29,116 nucleotides of DNA from a virus (taxonomy: Duplodnaviria > Caudoviricetes): positions 1 through 29,116 of the IMG/VR virus record IMGVR_UViG_3300047308_000044. One strand, written 5' to 3'. Of this stretch, positions 22,365 to 29,116 are shown in pieces; positions within the stretch are counted from its first letter, which is position 1; each line of letters starts with the position of its first letter. The translations under genes and the position numbers were made by a program. Under the pieces are notes generated by a model that searched no databases, was not told the origin of the DNA, and was given only the letters and a program-made list of their open reading frames with translations.

Positions 22365-24497
22365 TCAGGTGGTCAGAGCGTCGAGCATTGCAGCAAACGA
22401 CTCGGGGTGGCGAACCGCGATGTCAAGATCCTGCAGAGCAACAACCCGAACGGTGCCGCTGGTGGAAGCAGTGTAAGGGTCAACCATCAGGTCGAGGCTG
22501 CCCCACATGCCCACAATCAGATCAGCAAAGTTGCCGAAGATGATGGCGGAGCAAACACCAGATGCAGAGCCTTTGGTCAGGGTGCTGCTCACCATGTTGG
22601 TGATGGCGGTGTTGTAGGAATTCATCCGACCGTCAAGACCAAACACGGGGGCATCACCGTAGGTGGAGTTGGTGAATGTCTGCTTGAGCTTGCCGCGCAC
22701 CTTGGAGTTGGTGAGGTAGTTCAGGCTGCCGAGGTCGGCGTTGTCCTGAGCAACTTCAGTTTCCAGTCCGATGATGTTGGCCAGAGTGGGAGCAGCGCCG
22801 TTAGTACCGCCAGCAACGGAACCGATGCCAGAGGTGGCAAGGATGCCAGTGGGCTGGTTAGAAGCACCAGAGCCGTGGATAGCGGCGCGGTCAATTTCCA
22901 ACGCAAGCACGGTGGCAAGATCGTTGCGAACAAAGGTTTCGATGTCGATGCTGCTCTGGAGCAGAAGCTTGCGGCTGATGTCGGTGAAAGCACCCAAGGT
23001 TTTGGGGCTCATCGTCACCTGATCAAAGGCTTGCTGCGATTCGGTAGGAGAACCGGACTCAGCCACCCAGTAGCCAGTAGCACCACCCGTTTGACGGGGG
23101 ATGGCGATGTTGCCTTGCAGGCCGGTCAGCATCTGAGTGCCGAGGCCCATCACGACTGCCTTATTACGGAGCAGGTCGATGAAGTTGGCAGCCAGCAAAT
23201 CAGTTGCAACAGTGTTACCACCAGCAGTTGCAGTGCCAACAGTCAGGTCACGACGAAGCACCTCAGCAGGCACCATCAGACCACGGGACTCTTTGCCCAT
23301 TGCCTTAGCAGCGGCATCGCTCACTTCAAACTCGAAGCGGGCAGCCTCTTGGCAACGGCGATCGGTGGGGTGAGCCAGTGCGTTGATCGCACGCACAAAG
23401 GAGAACTGACGGGTTTCGGCTTCGGTCAGGCCGATGTCAGCAGCTTTGTCATTGACGGGCTTTTGGGCAGAACCCATCCGCTCCAGAACAGCAGCGCGGG
23501 CGGCGTCGATATTTTGGCCACCGCGAACTAGTTCGCCAGCAAGGTCAGTCATTTGGTGCTTGTCGCAAAGGGCAGTAATGCCAGCAATACGGGTGCGCTC
23601 GGCCTCAGCCGCTTCAGCCCGCACCACTGAGAGATCAGGGGTGTTTTCCATTGGAACCACGGGAGTGGGTGCGGCAGTGGCCGCGAGTTGAGAGTCGTAA
23701 GTACGGCCAAAGCCAACCTGATGAGGGTCTGCTGGGACCGATACGATGCTCACCTCGTATGGCGACCATTTAGTCGCCACGAAATCTTCGCCACGCTGTT
23801 GCATGTCGTTGATCTCATACGCAAAGGAGACATTCCGTAGAACGCCATCCTCTACATCAGCTTGGATTTCCTGCGCGAACGCATTCCTGCTGAATCGCAC
23901 GGTGGAATATCCGCGCTTGCTTTGCTCATCAATCCATGCACGCTCAACTACACCAACGACTTTGTTGGGGTCATGGTTCCAGAGGAGTGGCGCTGAATCA
24001 TTGAGTCGAGCAAGATTGGCGGCACCTGCTTCATGGCTGAGCACTTCATTGCCAAACGATCTGGCAACACCAAACTCAGAGCTAAAAGGGAAGGTGTAGG
24101 TCCGCCCTTTCTTGTCTTCAGCGGCACGCTCAAATTGAACGGGCTGATAGCGGCGCAGATTCTGTTTTTCTTCCTGACGCTCTGCAGGTGCAGGCGCATC
24201 GGGTTCTGTCATTGTTAGCAATCGCTCAGGAATTATCCACAGCTTACAAATACCTGCAGGATCTATTTCACCTTGAACCACTTCGCAGGCACGAGGCCCT
24301 TGGTAAAGAGCGCAATTGGCGCATTGCATCCCTTCTGCCGCAAAGGGATTGTTGGCACCGTCAACGTAGTGAGCACCATTGGCACCAATGGATTGATCAA
24401 ATGCGCCTAGCTCTTCCGTGATTGCTTCCAGTGCGTTGTAGAGCAACCCCTGCCGGGCACTCATATCTGGTGTCAGTTCGCGCTTCTGGCTGTTCAT
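22365..24497 (-). CDS. fused HK97-type prohead protease / scaffold / major capsid protein with N-terminal 4-Cys domain
   Basis: Protease motifs PLLWNHD and EVSIVSVPAD; capsid motifs FIDLLRN, WVAES, SRKLLLQSS, GSGASNQPTGIL, IFGNF, RHPESF. Confidence 0.95.
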   Translation of the reverse strand: MNSQKRELTPDMSARQGLLYNALEAITEELGAFDQSIGANGAHYVDGANNPFAAEGMQCANCALYQGPRACEVVQGEIDPAGICKLWIIPERLLTMTEPDAPAPAERQEEKQNLRRYQPVQFERAAEDKKGRTYTFPFSSEFGVARSFGNEVLSHEAGAANLARLNDSAPLLWNHDPNKVVGVVERAWIDEQSKRGYSTVRFSRNAFAQEIQADVEDGVLRNVSFAYEINDMQQRGEDFVATKWSPYEVSIVSVPADPHQVGFGRTYDSQLAATAAPTPVVPMENTPDLSVVRAEAAEAERTRIAGITALCDKHQMTDLAGELVRGGQNIDAARAAVLERMGSAQKPVNDKAADIGLTEAETRQFSFVRAINALAHPTDRRCQEAARFEFEVSDAAAKAMGKESRGLMVPAEVLRRDLTVGTATAGGNTVATDLLAANFIDLLRNKAVVMGLGTQMLTGLQGNIAIPRQTGGATGYWVAESGSPTESQQAFDQVTMSPKTLGAFTDISRKLLLQSSIDIETFVRNDLATVLALEIDRAAIHGSGASNQPTGILATSGIGSVAGGTNGAAPTLANIIGLETEVAQDNADLGSLNYLTNSKVRGKLKQTFTNSTYGDAPVFGLDGRMNSYNTAITNMVSSTLTKGSASGVCSAIIFGNFADLIVGMWGSLDLMVDPYTASTSGTVRVVALQDLDIAVRHPESFAAMLDALTT

Positions 24498-26011
24498 TGC
24501 GCTGCTGGGGGCTGTATCTCAACGTTATCCATTACTGGCGTGGCTTCTGGTGCAGCAGTTGAAGTGTCAAAGGTGAGTCCCAGTTCATCGGCCAGGTCTA
24601 GCTCCCTGCGGCGCTGCTGGAAGATCTCTTCAATGTCACCACCATTTTCAGCGATGATCTCAGCCTTGGTTGTGTAGCCCGCCATCTCTGCTTCTTTGTA
24701 GGCCGCCACTTCCTTCTGTGGATCAACCCAGGCCCACCCGCGATACATCCACCGCACTTGCCTGAAGCGCTCAGGATCGGCTTCATAGACAGGCAGATTC
24801 AAGGCGTTGCTCAACACGGCCAGCTCTAGCCACTGCTCAAACACACGCTGATGCAGGTTTTCTGTCAGCCACCGCTGAAGCATCCTCCAGTTATCACGCT
24901 CCTCAAGGAGAGAAAGCCTGCTGCTGGAGTAGTTGGTCTGTGAGAAATCGTGACTGATGCTTTCAAACGAGACGCCCAAGCCTGCGCTCACAGCACGCAG
25001 CATTCCACGCACAAACGGCTCAAATTGCCCATCGGGGGCATCAAGATTGGGGACGCTGACCGACTCACCAGGCGCCAAGTATTTAAAAACCCCAGGCTCA
25101 AACGATGTCACCCGCTCGCCATCCATGACGTCATCGCCAATCAGCTCACCTTCGGGGGAAGTGATGAAGCCCATTAAGGCAGAAGATGCACGCTGCCGAA
25201 TTACAGCTGCCTCACAAAATCCACTCAAATGATGCAGGCTCTTGACTGCTGATGCAAACCAAGAAATCCCACGAGTTTGCCCTGGGCGTTCGGTCAAGAA
25301 CAGGTGCAAAATTTCATCTGCTGAAATCCGCGTGCGTTGCTTGGCTGTGTCAACCGTGGCAGCAGGGAAGGTGTAGTCACCAGGGTGCTTGTTCCTGAAC
25401 CAGTAGGCCACAGGGCGCTGCCAGCTATCTAGCTCCACACCCATCCGCACTTCGTTTTTACTGTTTGGCGCGGTGCCGTTATAAGTCTCGTCTAGCTTGT
25501 CGGCTTCAATCACCTCAAGCGCCAAAGGAATCTTGGAACCACCGAAGGGCTGCTTGACCATGCGCACCAAGACTTCCCCAGACTCCGCCACGCTGCGAAT
25601 AACAAGGCGCTCGATCTCTTCAAAGCACAGCTTGCCGGCGGTGTGACAATGCTTGGCTTTACTCCATGTGACCCAAGCCGCTTCAATGGCATCGTTGGTT
25701 GGCTGGTCAAGTTTGTTGCCGCGTTGTTTTTTGACTTGAGCTTGGAATGGGATGCCATTACCAACAACATTGGATGCAATGGTGCGCAATGCTTGCCTTG
25801 CATAGTCAGAATCCCTGACGAGTTGGCGTGCCCTATTGCGTAGTGCCGTAAGGCTTGCCCTTACCTCTGCGTCTGCACTGGTCCCACTGGTAACCCAGTC
25901 AGCAGTCAGGCGGCTAACCCGTGCGCCTTCAAACATGCGCCGACGCGGTGCCTGCGTAGGGCTAACGTCTTCGCGGTTGAATAGCTCGCGGATGGCAGAA
26001 CGAACGCCCAT
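24494..26011 (-). CDS. portal protein, lambda family
   Basis: LRNRARQLVRDS, ESGEVL, RPGQTRGI, NYSSSRL, WVDPQKE. Confidence 0.95.
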   Translation of the reverse strand: MGVRSAIRELFNREDVSPTQAPRRRMFEGARVSRLTADWVTSGTSADAEVRASLTALRNRARQLVRDSDYARQALRTIASNVVGNGIPFQAQVKKQRGNKLDQPTNDAIEAAWVTWSKAKHCHTAGKLCFEEIERLVIRSVAESGEVLVRMVKQPFGGSKIPLALEVIEADKLDETYNGTAPNSKNEVRMGVELDSWQRPVAYWFRNKHPGDYTFPAATVDTAKQRTRISADEILHLFLTERPGQTRGISWFASAVKSLHHLSGFCEAAVIRQRASSALMGFITSPEGELIGDDVMDGERVTSFEPGVFKYLAPGESVSVPNLDAPDGQFEPFVRGMLRAVSAGLGVSFESISHDFSQTNYSSSRLSLLEERDNWRMLQRWLTENLHQRVFEQWLELAVLSNALNLPVYEADPERFRQVRWMYRGWAWVDPQKEVAAYKEAEMAGYTTKAEIIAENGGDIEEIFQQRRRELDLADELGLTFDTSTAAPEATPVMDNVEIQPPAAQ

Positions 26012-26580
26012 CAGAACCTCACATAAAGATTGGTGGGATCGCCAAGGCCATTAGCAATCAACGCGGCTTTTTGCTCACGCATCACCATTGTTTTCAGCCT
26101 ACTTTCAAGCATGACAAGATCAGCCATTGGCATTTTCTTCAGACGCCTAGTGCCAATGTTGTATTCAGAGACTGCACCGCCAGCAACAATTGCCCTGATG
26201 GCTTCCTGTACCGCGTCAAGATCTTTCTGGTTTTGAGTGCGGCCATCAAATGCAGCAGGCGTGCCTGTGTAATTGAGAGCAGGTTCAACTGTGAGCTGGC
26301 CAGCCCCAAGAGTGTGGGAAATACTTCCAGCTGTGGCAATCGCCTGCCAATACCAAACGCCTGCGTCAAACCCTGCACTGGTGGATGCTGCGATGGTGAA
26401 CTGCCACCCTGATGCGTAGTTGCTACCAACAACTGTGGCACCTTCACTGGCGGCGTTGAAGCGCAGGTAATAGGTCAGCGCGTAGGTGCTACTGGTGATT
26501 GCATTGCCAAGCGAATCCGTGGCTTCGTTGTCCCGCCATTGGACAGTGCTGCCCGCCCTGATTGTTGCTGGGATCTGCAT
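26011..26580 (-). CDS. head completion protein (gpW-like C-terminus with N-terminal beta domain)
   Basis: Between TerL and portal; C-terminal LDAVQEAIRAI...EYNIGTRRLKK...DLVMLE resembles gpW. Confidence 0.75.
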   Translation of the reverse strand: MQIPATIRAGSTVQWRDNEATDSLGNAITSSTYALTYYLRFNAASEGATVVGSNYASGWQFTIAASTSAGFDAGVWYWQAIATAGSISHTLGAGQLTVEPALNYTGTPAAFDGRTQNQKDLDAVQEAIRAIVAGGAVSEYNIGTRRLKKMPMADLVMLESRLKTMVMREQKAALIANGLGDPTNLYVRF

Positions 26581-28454
26581 TACCAACCAGACACAAAGGA
26601 AGACGCTGCAGCCTTCTGTGTAGATGTTACCGCCGGCCTCTTGGCTTCAGATCGGCCTTCTAATCGCGCTTGCAGTTGGTCCCAAATCGTGCGGCGATCA
26701 AACCTGCGATAGAGCAGATGCAAGGCAGCCACTGAATATACGCACACGTCTAACGCTTCGTTTCGTGCATTGCTCTTTTTGACGTACTCGCTCAATGGCA
26801 TCCCTGCCCGATTGAACCGCGTCACCTTGCGTTCTGCCGTGAGCTGCTCGAAGTACTCCTGCGTAGCCGCAGCGCCAAAGTGCAAATAGCCAGTGCCTGG
26901 TTCGGTGTTCGTGCGTAGGCGGCCAAAGATCGTGTCTTTGATGGTGTCAGTGCCGACGCTATAAACCGATGCCCCATTTTTGATGATGCGACCTCGCATG
27001 GTGAGATCGACTTTTGACTCGCGCCCAATGGGTGGTTTCCCTCTTGTGCTCGCACCTTTGATGGCCACTACCAGTTGACCTTTGCGTGGTTGTCGGCAGT
27101 AGCTGTAAACCTCAGAGGTGCAGTGGCCAGAGTCAACGCAAGCAGCCATCACCCGGAGTTTCTTGCCATCCGCTCTGGGATATTCCCCTTCAATCAAAAC
27201 GTCAAGCTGCTTCCATAGCTCAGTGCGGGTTGGATCGCCCCATAGCTCGGTGTGCTCTATGAGCCATGCCTCTTCATCCCTGCCATAGCCCCAGATGCTC
27301 ACAGCCAATCGGTTGTCCTGAACGTCCACCCCAGCGGTCAGGCACAGCACCCCATCAGGGACAACCCCGCGCTCGTACTTCTCAACGCGCTCCATCAACC
27401 CCTCAGCATCAATCCGCGTCCCGGTCTGCTCGTCCCAGGTTTCAGCCAGCCGGGTATTGACAAACGTCTTCAGCAACGGGGCATCACCCTTGGCCCTGAG
27501 GAAGTCATCGACCAACTCCGCCCAGCTCAGCCAACCAAGCGGGGAATACAACCCGGACAAGTGAAACCCTGCTGTCTTGCCATCACCAGGAGCAGTAGCC
27601 CGCCATTTCCCAGCCGCCAGCATTCGCCCTTTGTTGACTTCGCTGAATCGTTCCTTGCAGTGCTCGCATTCATAGCGTGCCGTTTCCGGCTGATCTTTCT
27701 CCCACTTCATCTGCGGCCACTTCAGCCATTGCATCTCCCCGCAAGAGGGACAAGGGACAAAGAACCGCCGTTGATCTGAGCGCAAATACTCAGCCTCGAT
27801 TCGACTGCTGCCCTTCACCGTTGGCGTAGAGGTGAGCAGAATCTTGCGCCTGGCAAATGTTGTGGTCCTGCGCTCCGCCAAACTCACTGGGTCACCTTCC
27901 CCGTCAACGTCCGCCGGAAATGCGTCAACCTCGTCAAGGAACAGGTAGCGGCAAGGCATTGAGCGCAAACCACTGGCACTGTTGCTGCCGGTGATGACCA
28001 GGATCCCGCCGGGGAATTCCTTGGCAAAAAGCGTGTTGCCAGAGTCACGACTCCTAGCCGGTGCGATCCGTTCCCTTAAACAAGGGGTTTCGTTAATCAA
28101 ACTTTCAAGCCTTTGCTTTGATAAGCGCTTGGCCATCTCCACCGTGGGCTGTACAAGCAACATCGGGCCTGGGCAATGTTGGATCACATATCCCAGCCAG
28201 TTGCTCCCGCTCTCGGTCTTCCCTGTCTGCGCTGCAAACATCATCACCACCCTTTGCACTGGGCTGCTACTGCTCAGCTCATTCATGGGCTCCCGCAAAT
28301 ATGGGGTGCGATTTGTGCGCCATGGGCCAGGTTCCGCTGATGCCTTGCTTGTCAACATCCGGTGCTCGTCTGCCCACTCACTAACCGTCAATTGCGGTTC
28401 AGGGCGCAACCCAGACAGGAACGCCTCGCGGTAAACCGTGCTCGCCTCAAGCAT
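26580..28454 (-). CDS. terL: terminase large subunit (lambda GpA family)
   Basis: TVSEWAD, RTPYLREPM, Walker A AAQTGKTE, Walker B LFLDEVD, STPT, CPSC/CEHC, AGVDVQ, RNEALD. Confidence 0.96.
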   Translation of the reverse strand: MLEASTVYREAFLSGLRPEPQLTVSEWADEHRMLTSKASAEPGPWRTNRTPYLREPMNELSSSSPVQRVVMMFAAQTGKTESGSNWLGYVIQHCPGPMLLVQPTVEMAKRLSKQRLESLINETPCLRERIAPARSRDSGNTLFAKEFPGGILVITGSNSASGLRSMPCRYLFLDEVDAFPADVDGEGDPVSLAERRTTTFARRKILLTSTPTVKGSSRIEAEYLRSDQRRFFVPCPSCGEMQWLKWPQMKWEKDQPETARYECEHCKERFSEVNKGRMLAAGKWRATAPGDGKTAGFHLSGLYSPLGWLSWAELVDDFLRAKGDAPLLKTFVNTRLAETWDEQTGTRIDAEGLMERVEKYERGVVPDGVLCLTAGVDVQDNRLAVSIWGYGRDEEAWLIEHTELWGDPTRTELWKQLDVLIEGEYPRADGKKLRVMAACVDSGHCTSEVYSYCRQPRKGQLVVAIKGASTRGKPPIGRESKVDLTMRGRIIKNGASVYSVGTDTIKDTIFGRLRTNTEPGTGYLHFGAAATQEYFEQLTAERKVTRFNRAGMPLSEYVKKSNARNEALDVCVYSVAALHLLYRRFDRRTIWDQLQARLEGRSEAKRPAVTSTQKAAASSFVSGW

Positions 28455-28986
28455 TGGCCAACCTCTCAAGCGCCAACACCAGCTCTTGACTCAATGCCAT
28501 GTGGATCGTGGCCGGGTCACTCTCTGCCGCCAATTGATTTGCCAATCGATCCGGGATATTGACAAGCGCCTCCCTCACCGTCTTGGCCAAATTGAATGCC
28601 TCCTTCTTCACTGCCTCAGCCGACACCAACTCACCCCGCTTTGCATCCACTTCCAACTTGCTCAACTCCGCCTGATAGTGCTCTCTGCGCTCGCGACTCA
28701 CATTCAGCTCAGGGATCGCATCATCTGGTAACTGCTCAACCCGTGCCTGCAACTCCTTTGCCGTCTTTGCCGGCTTCACCTCAACAGGATCAGGCCGACT
28801 CACTTTTGCGTTATGCGTCTTCAACGTATTGCGGTTCCATAGCTCCAACGCCAGATCACGATCCAGCCACCTCTTCTCATCCTTCTCCACCACCGCCCCA
28901 GCAATACGCCCAGACTTCACCGCATGACTAACCGCCGGCTTACTGCATCCCTTGATCAGCGCAAACTCTGCAAAAGTAACAAGCAC
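28447..28986 (-). CDS. terS: terminase small subunit (Nu1-like)
   Basis: N-terminal HTH (FAEFALIKGCSKPAVSHAVKSGRI), REHYQAEL...GELV, LVNIPDRLA. Confidence 0.88.
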   Translation of the reverse strand: MLVTFAEFALIKGCSKPAVSHAVKSGRIAGAVVEKDEKRWLDRDLALELWNRNTLKTHNAKVSRPDPVEVKPAKTAKELQARVEQLPDDAIPELNVSRERREHYQAELSKLEVDAKRGELVSAEAVKKEAFNLAKTVREALVNIPDRLANQLAAESDPATIHMALSQELVLALERLANA

Positions 28987-28992
28987 CCTCGG

Positions 28993-29050
28993 TTAAGTAC
29001 CCTTGCTCCTAGTTAACTGATTCTAGTTAACCTACTTAACTTGCTTAACT
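28993..29050. repeat. cluster of TTAA(C) repeats upstream of terS
   Basis: TTAA at 28993, 29013, 29027, 29036, 29045; CTAGTTAAC twice (29009, 29023); CTTAACT twice (29035, 29044). Confidence 0.7.
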
Positions 29051-29116
29051 CTTGCCTGGGGTTGGGGATGCCATTCCTTCAAACCCCTTGCGCTGCAACG
29101 GTTCGGACCTTTGGGG

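Noticed and set aside
22407-23531. 374-aa plus-strand ORF
   Set aside because: Antisense shadow of the codon-biased capsid gene; no recognisable motifs
1-29116. tRNA, CRISPR array, integrase, IS element or auxiliary photosynthesis genes
   Set aside because: None seen; nearly all sequence is accounted for by phage CDSs, so prophage versus free phage cannot be decided here

Overview
A 29 kb segment of a lambda-like long-tailed phage (siphovirus) or prophage. The host is most likely a picocyanobacterium, inferred from the cyanobacterial-type sigma factor and the style of the tail-fibre and lysis genes. Bases 1-3.4 kb (+ strand) hold an early/middle module: a Sak-like annealing protein, a candidate SSB, RusA and a phage sigma-70 factor. 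Bases 3.4-29 kb (- strand) hold an essentially complete late operon: TerS, TerL (GpA type), gpW-like adaptor, lambda-type portal, fused prohead protease-major capsid, head decoration/fibre, neck, tail tube, G/GT chaperones, tape measure, M, fibre, L, K, I, J, distal fibre with chaperones, and a lysis cassette. Three small genes are missing from the ORF track. Most notable observations: (1) a second, unannotated -1 slippery site (C CCA AAG) that would fuse a 45-aa holin-like protein to a start-less 68-aa acidic/Pro-rich ORF ending on the endolysin start; (2) a HiPIP-like four-Cys domain on the N-terminus of the protease-capsid polyprotein; (3) a sigma factor with an intact -10 recognition region, a rewritten -35 helix and a clamp-motif-like tail, alongside a TAnnnT element at a near-fixed 20-24 nt before several late genes; (4) a ~215-aa repeat insertion in tail tip protein L. 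All family assignments come from motif recognition by eye; no database searches were run.
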